A stretch of DNA of 64,000 bases from Candidatus Eiseniibacteriota bacterium. Its GTDB lineage: Bacteria > Eisenbacteria > RBG-16-71-46 > SZUA-252. Position numbers and translations under genes: made by a program. The first letter of the stretch is position 1. Each line of letters starts with the position of its first letter. The notes beneath the pieces were generated by a model. It saw only the letters and a program-made list of their open reading frames with translations, was not told the origin of the DNA and did no database searches. Below, in pieces: positions 34,709 to 45,873 of this stretch. The DNA is taken from positions 384,001 through 448,000 of the forward strand of contig OY969801.1 of the NCBI GenBank assembly GCA_963703225.1, in the 5' to 3' direction.

Positions 34709-36225
34709 TCATTTGGTGGAGTATTTGGAGGCGACCGCGCCCGAGAGGCCAAGACGCTTCGCGAGCGCGCGCCGCGTGGCCACGGTGTTGTCAAACGTGA
34801 CGAGGAGTGTGCGGGCTTCGCTCCAGCCGTCGGTCACGTGCGGATTCAGCGACGCCACCGTCACCGTCTCGGGATAGCGCCGGAGCCATTCCCTCGCGAT
34901 CGCCTCGTGCTCGGCGCTCAGCGCGCTCCGGGCCGCGACCGTCAGCAGCGAGCTTCCCTCGATCCGCCGGGGCCACAGTGCGGGATCGGGCCCCCATTCC
35001 CGCGCGGTCACGCCGTGCGCGCGAAGCAGGTCGGCGATTGGAGCGCGCGACTCGGGCCGGTTCACCTCGAGAACGTCGATGGGCGGGCGGAGCGGAACGC
35101 CGCCGGCGCCCTGGCGGAGCACGCGGAGCGCGCCCTCGGCGATGCGCTCCAGCTCGTCGCCGGGGATCAGGTCCCGCGCTTCCCGTTCGAGCACCAGGCT
35201 CCACTCCCGCGGCCACGCCGCGCTGCCTTCGCGGAGCCTTCGCACGCGGGCGAGCGATGTGGCGATCCGCGCCGGCGTGAGGCGGCCGGACCGGAGGGCC
35301 TCGCGCAGCGCTTGCAAGGCTTCGTCGGGCCCCGGCGCGAGCTTGGAGTAGAGCAGCAGATCGCATCCCGCTTCGATCGCCTGCACCGCGACCTCGCCGA
35401 AGGAACCTCGCGACGTGACGGCCGCCATCTCCAGCGCATCGGTGACCACCACCCCCGTGAATCCCATCTTCTCCCGAAGGAGGCCGGTGACGATCGGGAT
35501 AGGAGAGGGTCGCGGGGCGATCCGGCTCAGGGTCGAGGGCGGGCACAACCAGGTGGCCGATCATGACGACCGGCGCGCCCCCGTTGATGGTGGCCTCGAA
35601 GGGGCGAAGCTCCCGGAGCGCGAGGGTCGCGCCCGGCGCGTCGATGCGCGGCAGATCGATGTGTGAGTCGACCGCCGTGTCGCCGTGCCCCGGGAAGTGC
35701 TTGATGACCGGTATCACTCCCGCCGCCTGTGTCCCCTGCATCGCGGCCAGTCCGCACGCCGTCACCTGCGACGCCGTCGCGCCAAAGGAGCGAATTCCAA
35801 TCACGGGGTTGGCGATGTTGGAGTGGATGTCGAGGACGGGAGCGAAATTCAGATTCACGCCGAGTGCGAGAAGCCGGCGCGCGGTCCGCTGCGCGAGATC
35901 CTTGACCAGCGGCGGTCCCCCCGAGGCGGCGACCGCGCGCGCGCTGGGCGGAACCTCCCAGAACCCCGAAAGTTGGGAGACCATCCCGCCCTCCTCGTCG
36001 ACGCAGACGAGCGCCGGAAGGTCGCGCGAGCCGAGCCGCGCCTGTACCTCGCGCGTGAACGCGCGCGGCCGCGGCAGCGGAAGGGAAGTTGGGGGCGAAG
36101 AAGATCACGCCCGCCGGCGTGATTCGTCTCAGGTCCGCCGCGACCTCCGCGGTCAACTCGGTGCCCGGCAGTCCCACGATCATGAGCTCGCCAATCCGCG
36201 ATTCGATGTCGGATTCGATCGTCAC
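34709..36225 (-). CDS. nagZ: GH3 beta-N-acetylhexosaminidase (frameshifts near 36070 and 35505)
   Basis: VDEEGG, NFAPVLD, KHFPGHGD..DSH, TDALEM motifs. Confidence 0.88.
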
Positions 36226-37085
36226 TTGACCTCGGCCTCCTCGAGCAGCCTTCGGTATCGGGCGTAGACCTGGCTTGGAACGGCGCCAGACTCAAGCCCG
36301 GCGAGCACGGAGCACCCCGGCTCCGTACGGTGCGTGCACGTCCGGAATTGGCACGGGGGCGACTCCGCGATTTCCGCAAAGACCGCGGCGACCTCGGCGA
36401 CCTCGGTTTGTCCGAGGAGAACGCTCCGGACGCCCGGCGTATCGATCAAGATTCCTCCCTCTGGAAGCGGGTAGAGGCGCCCGCTCGTCGTCGTGTGGCG
36501 GCCCTTCCGATTCTTGGCGCTGACCTCGCCCGTGGCGGCGTCGGCGTTGGGGATCAGTTGACGCAGGAGCGACGACTTCCCGACCCCCGAATGTCCCACC
36601 AGCACCGACGTCGTATCAGCCACAAGCTCCCGCAGCCGATCGATCCCCGATCCACTCGCGGCGCTCACGGTCACCGCCTCGAGCGGGATCGCCGCCTCCG
36701 CGATCGCCCGCTCCGCCTCTTCGTGCGTGCCGAGGTCGACCTTGTTCAAACAGAGCACCGGCGTGATCCCGCCACGGCGTGCGAGCAGTCCCCATCGATC
36801 GACCAATCCCGGGCGAAAGGGGGGCTCCGCGAGCGAGGAGACGATCACAACCTGGGTCGCGTTTGCGGCGATGATCTGCGTGCGCCCACGCGAATCGCTG
36901 GTGGCGCGCTCGAGGAAGGTGCGTCGCGGCGCGACCGCGGTGACCCGCAGCGCGCCCGAGTCGCCCCGCTCGACCTCGACCTCGTCCCCGACCGCGAGCG
37001 GGTTGGAGTGGTAGCCCCCCGCGCCCGTCTTGAGTTGGCGCGCCAGGACCGCCTCCTGGATCCCGTGTCCGTCCCAGAGTTCCAC
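36222..37085 (-). CDS. rsgA: Ribosome small subunit-dependent GTPase A (N-terminus likely extends further)
   Basis: AVGD, NKVD, GHSGVGKSS, GRHTTT, DTPG, CQFRTCTHRTEPGC zinc site. Confidence 0.93.
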   Translation of the reverse strand: MELWDGHGIQEAVLARQLKTGAGGYHSNPLAVGDEVEVERGDSGALRVTAVAPRRTFLERATSDSRGRTQIIAANATQVVIVSSLAEPPFRPGLVDRWGLLARRGGITPVLCLNKVDLGTHEEAERAIAEAAIPLEAVTVSAASGSGIDRLRELVADTTSVLVGHSGVGKSSLLRQLIPNADAATGEVSAKNRKGRHTTTSGRLYPLPEGGILIDTPGVRSVLLGQTEVAEVAAVFAEIAESPPCQFRTCTHRTEPGCSVLAGLESGAVPSQVYARYRRLLEEAEVK

Positions 37086-37268
37086 GTTGGCGCCGTAGAC
37101 CTGGGCGACGATCCAAACCGATGGCGATGTGGGCGATTGATCGACGATGGATCGAGTCTAGTCGAGGCGGGAGGCAGCCACAAGCCGGTTCGACCGTTCT
37201 GGCCTCAATGGGGCGCCCGTCCCCGCCCTGTTGCCGCGGGGGCCGGAGACGTTTAGACTGCGGGACCG

Positions 37269-38054
37269 ATGCCACCCAACACCAATACCTTCCCATGTCC
37301 CCGATGCGGGGAGTCCCTGCCGGCTGGACTCACGCGGTGCGACGCGTGCGGGGCGTATCTGGTCAGCGCGCCTGGAGGCGCGCCTGTCGCGAAATCGGTC
37401 GCCCCGAAAATCGCCCCGAAGGGCACCCCGCGCAACGCGGGGCTCTTCCTCGTGGTGGGGCTCCTCTGCGGGGGCGCGATCGGCTTCGCGCTCCGCGGCG
37501 CCGTCGGGCCGCGCGGGGAGGGCGGGATGCCGACGGGCCCGGCGGACATCATGCGCGGCGCGGGCGGCGCGGCTGGTGGCGGCGGAGAGGCGATGGGCGG
37601 GGGCGATCCCGGTCAGTCGCCGCCGCAGATGCCCCCTCAAGTGGCCGCGATGGTCCAGCAGTACCGGCAGGCTCTGGCGCGGGACCCCAACGACATCGAG
37701 GCAAACATCGGCTTCGGCAACTTGCTCTTCGATTCAGGACAGTGGCCGAAGGCGGTGGAGCACTACCAGCGCGCGCTGACAAAGGTCCCCGGAAACGCGG
37801 ATGTCCGCGTGGATATGGCGGTCGCGCTTCACAACATGAACCGGAACGAAGAGGCATTGCGTGAATTGGAGCGTGTGACGCGCGAGCAACCGACGCACCT
37901 GAACGCCTGGCTCAACCTCGGGGTGATCTCCAGCACCCTCGGGGATCGACCGCGCGCGGTCCACGCGTGGGAGCAATATCTCAAGCTCGATCCCAACGGC
38001 CAGCACGCCGCGGCCGTTCGCGCGCAGATCGAGGAGCTGAAGAAGGGGAGTTGA
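37269..38054 (+). CDS. Membrane-anchored TPR protein with N-terminal zinc ribbon
   Basis: CPRC..CDAC, one TM, Gly/Pro linker, TPR repeats. Confidence 0.75.
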   Translation: MPPNTNTFPCPRCGESLPAGLTRCDACGAYLVSAPGGAPVAKSVAPKIAPKGTPRNAGLFLVVGLLCGGAIGFALRGAVGPRGEGGMPTGPADIMRGAGGAAGGGGEAMGGGDPGQSPPQMPPQVAAMVQQYRQALARDPNDIEANIGFGNLLFDSGQWPKAVEHYQRALTKVPGNADVRVDMAVALHNMNRNEEALRELERVTREQPTHLNAWLNLGVISSTLGDRPRAVHAWEQYLKLDPNGQHAAAVRAQIEELKKGS

Positions 38055-38098
38055 TGGCGCGGGCGTGATCGGTTCCGGCCGGCGCGCGTTCAACGAAA

Positions 38099-38126
38099 CG
38101 AGGCGGCACCTCTCGGTGCCGCCTCG
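38099..38126. terminator. Bidirectional intrinsic terminator
   Basis: CGAGGCGGCACC-TCTC-GGTGCCGCCTCG, 12-bp stem. Confidence 0.75.
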
Positions 38127-38159
38127 CACGTTTCTACGAGTTCTTTCCGTCCGGGTCGG

Positions 38160-38360
38160 TTACGCCTTGCGGACGTTTGCCGCCTGGAGGCCCTTCGGCC
38201 CCTTCACAATCTCGAACTCCAGGCGCTCCCCCTCGGCCAGGGTCTTGAAGCCCTCGCCGGAAATTGCTGAGTAGTGAACGAACACGTCCTCGCCGCCCTC
38301 TTGCTGGATGAATCCGAAACCCTTCGCCTCGTTAAACCACTTCACGGTTCCTACTGGCAC
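38160..38360 (-). CDS. csp: Cold-shock protein
   Basis: [33 protein letters not shown] before GTG. Confidence 0.96.
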   Translation of the reverse strand: MPVGTVKWFNEAKGFGFIQQEGGEDVFVHYSAISGEGFKTLAEGERLEFEIVKGPKGLQAANVRKA

Positions 38361-38670
38361 TCTTTGCTCCTTACGAACTGGGCCGCTTAGGCCCCACTCG
38401 CCGCCCTCTCGGATCGGCCAACCCGGCCACACTGGACGGGCCCCCGGGCAGATGAGCCACCCGGATACAAAAATAACCGCTGATGACTGCTCCAGCGGCA
38501 ATGTCTCGCATATCTGCGCTACCAACGACCGTCATGGAACTGCCTGCGGATAGTGTAGGGCTATCCGGCGGCACATGGGAAGGGTTCTTTTTGGCCCACC
38601 CGCGACCGCCCTCGCCCCCCCTGGCTCGGGATCTTGACATCCCACGGCTCCGCCCGCAAGTTCGCCGGCC

Positions 38671-40026
38671 ATGCGGCTTCCCGATCTCCTCGCGTCCCGC
38701 CGCGGGCGCCTGGCAGCCTTCTTCCTGCTCTATCTCACCGAGGGACTCCCCTCGGGATTCACGGGGACCGCCGTCGCGACCCAGATGCGCCGGCAGGGGC
38801 TGGAGCCCGCGGTCATTGGTTCGTTCGTCGGGCTTCTCTACATCCCATGGGCGGTGAAGTGGGCGTTCGGCCCCTTCGTGGACGTGCTCTCGAGCGACCG
38901 GTGGGGAAGGAGGCGCCTATGGATCCTCCTGACCCAGACGATGATGGCGGTGACGATCCTCGCCGCGATGCTGGTGAGCTTCAAGAGTCAGCTCTGGCTC
39001 TTCACCGCGATCATCCTGGCCCACAACGTATTCAGCGCCACCCAGGACGTGGCGATCGACGCCCTCGCGGTGGACGTGCTATCCGCCGACGAGCGCGGCC
39101 TCGCGAATGGGCTCATGTTCGGCGGGAACTTCATCGGTATCGCACTCGGTGGGTCGGGGGTGCTCATGTTGACGCCGCTCCTCGGTTTCAAGTCGACGTT
39201 TCTGATCGTCGCCGGGGCGATCGCGTTGGTCACGCTCCTGGTGCCGGTACCGATGCACGAGCCGGCAGGACCTGCACGGGAGAAAGTCGTTGGCTCTCGA
39301 ATCGCCGCCGCGGGGAAGAAGATCGGCGGCTTTCTTCGCGATACGGGGCGCGCCTTCGTGGGAAGCCGGGCCGCGTTCGTCGCCATTTTCCTGGCGCTCT
39401 TGCCGTTTGGCGGGTACGCCCTCTCGCTCTCCCTGCAGTCGAACCTGGCGGTCGAGCTGGGCCTCGACGACCGGCATATCGGCATCCTCGGGCTAGCAAG
39501 CTCGGCGCTTTCCGCCGGGTTCTGCATCTTCGGCGGCTGGCTCTCCGATCGGTTCGGACGGCGCCGCACGCTGGCGCTCTTCATCTTCGGCACCACGCTC
39601 CCGACCTTTGCCATGGCGCTTCTGATGCAGCACTTCGCCTGGATCATGCCGGTCAATCCACTGTCCTTCCATCGCCCCGCCGTGCCCACGGATCTCGTGG
39701 CGTACTTCTGGGCGATGACGCTGATCTACTCCGTGTTCTCGGGACTGATGTACGGGGTGGGCACCGCGATCTTCATGGACGTCACGACGCCCCGCGTCGC
39801 GGCGACGCAGTTCACGGCCTACATGGCCTTGAACAATCTCGTCTACTCGTATTCTTCCGCGTGGCAGGGGCAGAGCTTGCAGCGCTGGGGCTATCCGATA
39901 ACTCTCACGCTGGACGGGGCTTTCGGTCTGGTCTGTCTCCTCTGTCTCCCGTTCATGGGGCCGAAGCGCCACGCGGAGCCCCCACCGCCGGGCGCCACGA
40001 TTCCCGAGCGGGAGCCAATCAGGTAA
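38671..40026 (+). CDS. AmpG-like MFS permease
   Basis: LYLTEGLP, PWAVKWAFGPFVD, SATQDVAIDA, ATQFTAYMA motifs. Confidence 0.8.
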   Translation: MRLPDLLASRRGRLAAFFLLYLTEGLPSGFTGTAVATQMRRQGLEPAVIGSFVGLLYIPWAVKWAFGPFVDVLSSDRWGRRRLWILLTQTMMAVTILAAMLVSFKSQLWLFTAIILAHNVFSATQDVAIDALAVDVLSADERGLANGLMFGGNFIGIALGGSGVLMLTPLLGFKSTFLIVAGAIALVTLLVPVPMHEPAGPAREKVVGSRIAAAGKKIGGFLRDTGRAFVGSRAAFVAIFLALLPFGGYALSLSLQSNLAVELGLDDRHIGILGLASSALSAGFCIFGGWLSDRFGRRRTLALFIFGTTLPTFAMALLMQHFAWIMPVNPLSFHRPAVPTDLVAYFWAMTLIYSVFSGLMYGVGTAIFMDVTTPRVAATQFTAYMALNNLVYSYSSAWQGQSLQRWGYPITLTLDGAFGLVCLLCLPFMGPKRHAEPPPPGATIPEREPIR

Positions 40027-40323
40027 GTCCCGGCCTCGGCACCCACATCCAGGCAGCCAGCGGGTCCTGCTGCCGCCGGGGCGATCTATTTTGGAACGAC
40101 CCGCGCCCAATATTCACTCGATTCGGAGGGGCGGATTTACGTCAAGACCGGTTCGAACGCCATTACTTGCTTTCGATTCGAGTGACACCGGGTGGCGCGT
40201 GTGCCACTCGTCGAAATGTCGATCGAGTAGCCGCGGGGATCCGCACCGATCCGCAGGTGTCCGTGCCGGCTCCATCGGTACCAGCCGGGCCGCGACCGCG
40301 ACGGCGCTCCCGGCCCCGTTCGC

Positions 40324-41118
40324 TCAGGGAATCCGCATCGTCACGCCCGGCCGCACGAGCCACGCCTGATTGTTGTCGTAGCTAAGCCCGAGGGAGAGGA
40401 GAAAACTTGGAGCCGGGCGAAATCCCATCCCGAGCGTGCCAACAAGTTCACCGCCGGCCGCCTCAGCGATGACCGCATTCGTCGCCGACGGGCTGTCTCC
40501 AGCCTCAGGCGAAGAGGACGTGTTGCCCAGAACTTCCCCATAGAGCTCGACGCGCTCGCTGAGGAAGTATTCGCTCGCCAACGCTCCGCTCACAATGTTG
40601 TTCAGATTCGTGCCCGGGGGGTTCCCGAGGATGGTGTACCCCAAGTTTGCGTGCGCATCGATCCGGCCGATCCTCTTGCTTCCGATCAGATACCCGGTGT
40701 AATCGGTCTGGTCGGTACCGATCAGCAGGCTCTCGCTCGTCGGAAACTTGATCTCGAAGGCCACGGCGATGGCTGGCATCCCGCCCCGTTCACCTCGCAC
40801 CAAAGCTAACGCGGTCGCCTCCAGGTCGCCCGCGCCGGTCGTGTGTGGCCCCGTATTAGGACGGATGGCGGTGTACGCGACGGGCTCCACCAGGAGGGAG
40901 AGGCCGTCGCTGACCCCCCACTCCGCCGCGAGGGGCAAGGCACGCTCCGTGCCTTCGCGGGACGTCTGGAATTCGTATGCGGTGTCGAGCTCGTAGGTTC
41001 CGGCGCGCAAAAACCGCGCCGTCTCCGTCTCCAAGATCTGGGCGCCCGCTGGAAGCGCCGGCACGCCCCAGAGAGCGATCGAAAGCAGCAACGCGACGCT
41101 CATTATCGGCACCCTCAC
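40324..41118 (-). CDS. Putative outer-membrane beta-barrel / transporter-like protein
   Basis: Signal peptide, amphipathic strands, GAGD..KFPT..GT..TD..HANLGY pattern. Confidence 0.55.
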   Translation of the reverse strand: MRVPIMSVALLLSIALWGVPALPAGAQILETETARFLRAGTYELDTAYEFQTSREGTERALPLAAEWGVSDGLSLLVEPVAYTAIRPNTGPHTTGAGDLEATALALVRGERGGMPAIAVAFEIKFPTSESLLIGTDQTDYTGYLIGSKRIGRIDAHANLGYTILGNPPGTNLNNIVSGALASEYFLSERVELYGEVLGNTSSSPEAGDSPSATNAVIAEAAGGELVGTLGMGFRPAPSFLLSLGLSYDNNQAWLVRPGVTMRIP

Positions 41119-41328
41119 GGTCTCCTCCTCAGTCTTGTCGATGGGCTACCCACGAACCTCACCGCTCTGGGCCAGCGCGCAGAGTCTTACACCCAGTTCT
41201 CCTCGACGCCACCTTCTCACTCGCTCTTGTTCAGGTCTCGTTCGGGCCACGGTCCGAATCTCCGGGCCGGGCCAAGGAACCAAAGCGCGGCTCGGCTGTG
41301 TTACGCCCTTGGGAGGAAGCGTGCTGTG

Positions 41329-41943
41329 ATGCTGGCGAGGATCTGCGCGATGGTGGTTCTCTTCGGAGCGTTTCTCGGGACTCATGCCCGGGCGCGCGAG
41401 GCGCAGCCCGTCCGGTCGAGTGCGGAGAGATCCTCCAATGCCGGGACGTTCGAGTTCGGCCCTTCCGCAGTGGACGGCATCGGCGGCTGGAAGCTGTTCA
41501 TGGGCGAGTCGAACACCGACACGCTGCAGGCGTCCCGACAAGACGTCTTCGCCGCCGCCGAACAAGCACTCGAGAGCGACGGTTGGAGGGTCCAGCTCTC
41601 CGACACAACCACGGGTCGGATCGTTACGTACTGGAAGCCTCTCCACCACATCCTCGTGCGATTGTTCGCCGGCGGTGTGAGAGCCCGCTGTTTCGTGGCG
41701 GTCTCCACGATCGGCACCCGTTCCTCGGTTGCATTTCAGGCCGGGCTCGCCTCCAAGCACACCCTGGAAGGGAATCCCATGCTCGCACTCGCCCGCCACG
41801 CCTATCGTTCCGCGGCGCGGGACTGGCACAGCGAAGTTCGGCAATACGTCGCGGCAGGAGCCGCATCCGCGATCCCAGCGGCGCTGGTTGCATGCCCAAC
41901 GACCCAATCGTCCGAGCCGCCTCCGCCTCGTGAGGCTCAATGA
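41329..41943 (+). CDS. Hypothetical exported protein
   Basis: GGAGG upstream; signal peptide; stop overlaps next ATG. Confidence 0.55.
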   Translation: MLARICAMVVLFGAFLGTHARAREAQPVRSSAERSSNAGTFEFGPSAVDGIGGWKLFMGESNTDTLQASRQDVFAAAEQALESDGWRVQLSDTTTGRIVTYWKPLHHILVRLFAGGVRARCFVAVSTIGTRSSVAFQAGLASKHTLEGNPMLALARHAYRSAARDWHSEVRQYVAAGAASAIPAALVACPTTQSSEPPPPREAQ

Positions 41944-43451
41944 GGGTCAGCGTGGTTGTGCCCGCGTGGAACGAGGAGGTTCTACTGTCTGCCTGCCTGC
42001 GGGCGCTGCGCTGCCAGGACTTCAAGGGTGAGGTTGAAGTGATCGTGGTGGACAACGCCAGCACCGACCTCACCGGCTCGATCGCGGAACAGGAGGGCGT
42101 CATCGTTGTCTTCGAGGCGGCGCGGGGCTACGCGAATGCGATCGCGCGGGGATTCGCGATGGCGACCGGCGAAATCATCGCGAGTACTGACGCCGACACG
42201 GTCGTTCCGCCCGACTGGCTCTCTCGCCTCGTCGAAGCCTACCGGGCGGATGTCGTCGCGGTGGGCGGCGAGATCGAATTTTGGCGGCCCAACTGGAGGG
42301 CCCGACTTCTTACGAGAGGTCTGTTGCCCTGGCTCAATCGCATCGATCGGAGGAATCCCCTGGGGCCCCATCTATGGGGGGCGAACTTTTCCGTGCGCCG
42401 CAGCGCCTATCTCGCCGCGGGCGGCTGGAACCCAAATTTCAACCTGCAGACCGACACAGAGTTCTCGGAGCGCCTGCGGCGATTCGGGCGCGTTCTGCTC
42501 CTCGAGGATCTAGCCGTCCGCACCTCCTGCCGTCGCTGGAATCGGGCGCTCGCCGTGAGCTGCTTTCTCTATGCCACGAACTTCATCTCGCTCGAGCTCA
42601 GGAAGCGCCCGCTATGGTGGGGCTTCCCGGACATCCGTGAGGGCGTCGGATCGGTCGGGGCAGGGCTGCACGGAGGGTCGCGGGCTCGGGCGTGGCCGAG
42701 GGTGCGCGCTTGGTCCGTGGCCGCGCTGGTCGTGTTCGTGGCTTGCTTTGGCGTCTACGATGCGGTCTCGCCCTGGTCGAACGCGTTCGGCATCACCCAC
42801 TGGAATGGCGCCACCGACGAAAAAGTCGTGGCGCTCACCTTCGACGACGGCCCGAATGAGCCGTACACCTCCCAGGTGCTCCGGATACTCAACCGGGAGA
42901 ATGTCCATGCCACCTTCTTTCTCATCGGGGCGAACGTCCGGCGCGATCGGGATAGCGCCGCGCGCATCGTCGAAGATGGGCACGTTGTCGGGAACCACAC
43001 GGATAGGCACCGCGTGGGATTCGCGTTCGAGCCTTGGGCCAAGCTCACCGCGGATCTCGATCGCGCGGAAACAACCATTCACGACGCCACGGGCGTCTAT
43101 CCGCGGCTCTTTCGACCTCCGCAGGGAGTCCGATCCCCATGGCTCATGAGCGCGACGATTCGCGAATCCCTGATCACGGTCACCTGGGACGATGCCCCCC
43201 GAGATTGGGAGCCGCTGCCTGCTCGCGCTCTCGAGGACTTGACCGTTGCCCAGGCGCACCCCGGCTCGATCATCCTGCTGCACGATGGATTGAACTTGGC
43301 CCCGTCGGCTGACCGGAGCGCCACGATCACGGCGCTTCCCGGCATAATCCGAAGGCTCCGCGCCATGGGGTATCGGTTCGTTACTGTGCCGGAGCTCCTC
43401 CATACCCGGCCTTTTCTGTCGGGGTGGCCCCGGAGGGCCCCTCGAGACTGA
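41940..43451 (+). CDS. GT2 glycosyltransferase fused to CE4 polysaccharide deacetylase
   Basis: VVVPAWNEE, VVDNASTD, DAD; LTFDDGP, ATFFLIG, GNHT..H, FRPP, ILLHDG. Confidence 0.88.
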   Translation: MRVSVVVPAWNEEVLLSACLRALRCQDFKGEVEVIVVDNASTDLTGSIAEQEGVIVVFEAARGYANAIARGFAMATGEIIASTDADTVVPPDWLSRLVEAYRADVVAVGGEIEFWRPNWRARLLTRGLLPWLNRIDRRNPLGPHLWGANFSVRRSAYLAAGGWNPNFNLQTDTEFSERLRRFGRVLLLEDLAVRTSCRRWNRALAVSCFLYATNFISLELRKRPLWWGFPDIREGVGSVGAGLHGGSRARAWPRVRAWSVAALVVFVACFGVYDAVSPWSNAFGITHWNGATDEKVVALTFDDGPNEPYTSQVLRILNRENVHATFFLIGANVRRDRDSAARIVEDGHVVGNHTDRHRVGFAFEPWAKLTADLDRAETTIHDATGVYPRLFRPPQGVRSPWLMSATIRESLITVTWDDAPRDWEPLPARALEDLTVAQAHPGSIILLHDGLNLAPSADRSATITALPGIIRRLRAMGYRFVTVPELLHTRPFLSGWPRRAPRD

Positions 43452-43477
43452 CCATTCTCGTTTAGGTTCTGTTCGGT

Positions 43478-44887
43478 TTGGCTGTCGATGATGCTCGGGT
43501 GCGACGAATCGGCCCCCATTCCAACCGACGGCGCCTGGGCCAAAGCGGTATCGCCTCTGGTGTTGCCGTGACCGCGCTGCTTCTCGCGTCGATCGCGGCG
43601 CTCCTTCCCGCCCGAACCGCTCGCGGCGAAACGTCACTGGACTCGATCTCGGTCGAGGAATGCGTGGTCTGGGCCATGAAGGTCGCTCCCACGGTGCGTG
43701 CAGCCGAGGAGGACCGCACCGCGGCTTCCTTCGATTCCCTCGCCGCAACCCGGAACCGGCGACCCGCGTTTGGCTTCGGTGGGGACGCAGTCATCGCCCC
43801 GGAAGGGTTTTACGACCCCGCGATTACCAACCTGGGCCAATATGACCTGAAGATTGGGGCCACGATGCCGCTGCTGGACGGCGGCACCCGATCGCGGGAC
43901 CGCGCCCGCGGGGCATTGGGCGCCGGAGCCGCCGAGGCCGACCTCGATCGTGCCCGCCGCGATGCGGCCATCGCCGCAGCCACCGCCGCGCTGGATCTCG
44001 TGAGACTTCGCGAATTGGACCGAGCGGGGGTCGAAACGTCGATCTGGCTGGCCGAGTTGGAGGACCTGATCACGGCGGGTGTGCGCGCCGGGACGCGCGG
44101 CCGGGGAGATGCCCTGCGTGTGGCGTTGGAGCGCGATGGCGTGGTGACGTTTCTCGCAAACACCCGGCTGCTTTCGGGCGAGCGCGTGCGCGAGCTGGGC
44201 TCCCTCCTGGCGAGCGTCCGCGACAGCGTGCCTCCCGTCCGTGATCCGAGCCCCGAAACCGACCGCGCTCCGACAGAGGGTGATTCAATGGCGATCTTGA
44301 CCGCGGCCGACCACGCTCCCGAGGTTCGGTCGGCGGCACTGGCGGCTGCCGAGCGGGATCTCTCGCTCTCCGATGCTCAGCGTCGGAACAGCCCGCGCGT
44401 GGACCTGGCGGTCGACGCGGGACTCTCAGGCTCGGACCTCACGACTCTCGTGCCGCCCAGCGTCAAGGCGACCTATCCCGATGCGGATTTCGGAGATCGA
44501 TTGCGTCGCGATCTCGGCGCCTCGCTCGCCCTTGTCTTTCGAATCCCATTTTGGGATACCGCCGCGGCGCCAGGGACCGCGGCGAGACAGGCCTCCATGC
44601 GCGCTTCCGGTCTCCGGCTCAACGCCATCCGTGGCGAGCAGTATCGCCTCGCCCTCGACCTGCTGGCGCGCTGGCGCGAGGGTTCGACCCGGTTGCGGGC
44701 CTGCCAGGCCACCGTGCAGCGCGCCGAGGAGCACGTGCTCCGCTCCAAGAGCCTTTATGCCGCCGGCGCGTTGACGCTGATGGAGCTGCTCGACGCGAGG
44801 CGAAGCTTTGATGAGGCGCGCCAACGGCTCACCGACGCGCGATTCGAGAGTCGAATCGCGCGATTCGAGGTGGAGGTCCGGCGATGA
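43478..44887 (+). CDS. TolC family outer-membrane efflux protein (start uncertain)
   Basis: Helical OEP repeats, YAAGALTLMELLDARR; first gene of RND operon. Confidence 0.75.
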   Translation: MAVDDARVRRIGPHSNRRRLGQSGIASGVAVTALLLASIAALLPARTARGETSLDSISVEECVVWAMKVAPTVRAAEEDRTAASFDSLAATRNRRPAFGFGGDAVIAPEGFYDPAITNLGQYDLKIGATMPLLDGGTRSRDRARGALGAGAAEADLDRARRDAAIAAATAALDLVRLRELDRAGVETSIWLAELEDLITAGVRAGTRGRGDALRVALERDGVVTFLANTRLLSGERVRELGSLLASVRDSVPPVRDPSPETDRAPTEGDSMAILTAADHAPEVRSAALAAAERDLSLSDAQRRNSPRVDLAVDAGLSGSDLTTLVPPSVKATYPDADFGDRLRRDLGASLALVFRIPFWDTAAAPGTAARQASMRASGLRLNAIRGEQYRLALDLLARWREGSTRLRACQATVQRAEEHVLRSKSLYAAGALTLMELLDARRSFDEARQRLTDARFESRIARFEVEVRR

Positions 44888-45873
44888 GTGAGCGAAGACT
44901 CCGATCCGCGATCGTGGTTGTGCTATCGATCGCGATCACATGCGGCTGCTCGGCGCGCCACGAAAGCGAGGGCGGCTCGGAGTCCGACGCGAAGCCGGTT
45001 GTGGCGGTTCGGGTGGGTTCGGTCGAAGTCCGCGCCTTCGAAGACCTCGTGATCGCCCCGGGACAGTGGGGTTCGAGCGGGGAGATGGTGCTCTCGGCTC
45101 CCTTCACCGCGCTCGTCGATTCCCTCACGCCACACGTGGGCGATCCCGTTCGCTCCGGGATGACCTACGGGTGGCTGATCACCAGGGAGTCGCAGGCAGC
45201 GGTGCGCGGCGCGGAGCTCTTGCTCCTCCAGGCGAGGGATGGTGCGGCCCGCGAGGAAGCTTCGCGCTCACTCCGCCTCGCGCGACGAGACCTGGTTCGC
45301 GTCCCTCTGATCGCGCCCAAGGACGGCGTTGTCGTGCGCCGGGGCCTAGAAATGGGGTCCCAAGTCGCCGAGGGGGGCGAGATTCTCGCGATCGTCCCGT
45401 GGGACGCCATCGTATTCGAGGCGCACGTGCCGGTCTTGGATGTGGCGCGGCTGCGCCAGGGACAACTCGCGACGATCGCCGAGGCGGGAAGATCTCCGTG
45501 CCCGGCGACCCTCCAGCGGCTGTTGCCTGCGGCGAGCGCGAGCGACCAAACGACGCTGGCCTGGCTGACGCCGCGCCCTGGAGAGCCCCTCCCCGAGCTC
45601 GGCCGGTTCGGAACGGCGACCATCGTCGTGGGCCCGGCGAGGCGCGCCATCGCCGTCCCCGAATCGGCGCTCGTCGAAGACGACCTGACGGGGACCACCC
45701 GGATCGCGGTCATCGGAGCCAGCCATCGGGCGCTCTGGCTCGGGGTGACCCCGGGAGTGGGCGCCGAGGGTTGGCGTGAGATCGAGGCGCCGAAGCTGGA
45801 CCCCGGCACGAAGGTGATCTTGGAAGGGCAGCATGGGCTCCCGGATAGCACGCTTGTCCGGATGATGCCGTGA
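44884..45873 (+). CDS. RND efflux periplasmic adaptor (MFP) lipoprotein
   Basis: Lipobox-like TCGC; LIAPKDGVV, AVPESALV, GTKVILEG. Confidence 0.85.
   Translation: MSERRLRSAIVVVLSIAITCGCSARHESEGGSESDAKPVVAVRVGSVEVRAFEDLVIAPGQWGSSGEMVLSAPFTALVDSLTPHVGDPVRSGMTYGWLITRESQAAVRGAELLLLQARDGAAREEASRSLRLARRDLVRVPLIAPKDGVVVRRGLEMGSQVAEGGEILAIVPWDAIVFEAHVPVLDVARLRQGQLATIAEAGRSPCPATLQRLLPAASASDQTTLAWLTPRPGEPLPELGRFGTATIVVGPARRAIAVPESALVEDDLTGTTRIAVIGASHRALWLGVTPGVGAEGWREIEAPKLDPGTKVILEGQHGLPDSTLVRMMP

Noticed and set aside
38355..38367. TGGCAC...TTGC sigma54-like motif at the csp start
   Set aside because: Spacing is N3 rather than N5, and it overlaps the csp RBS/start on the opposite strand.
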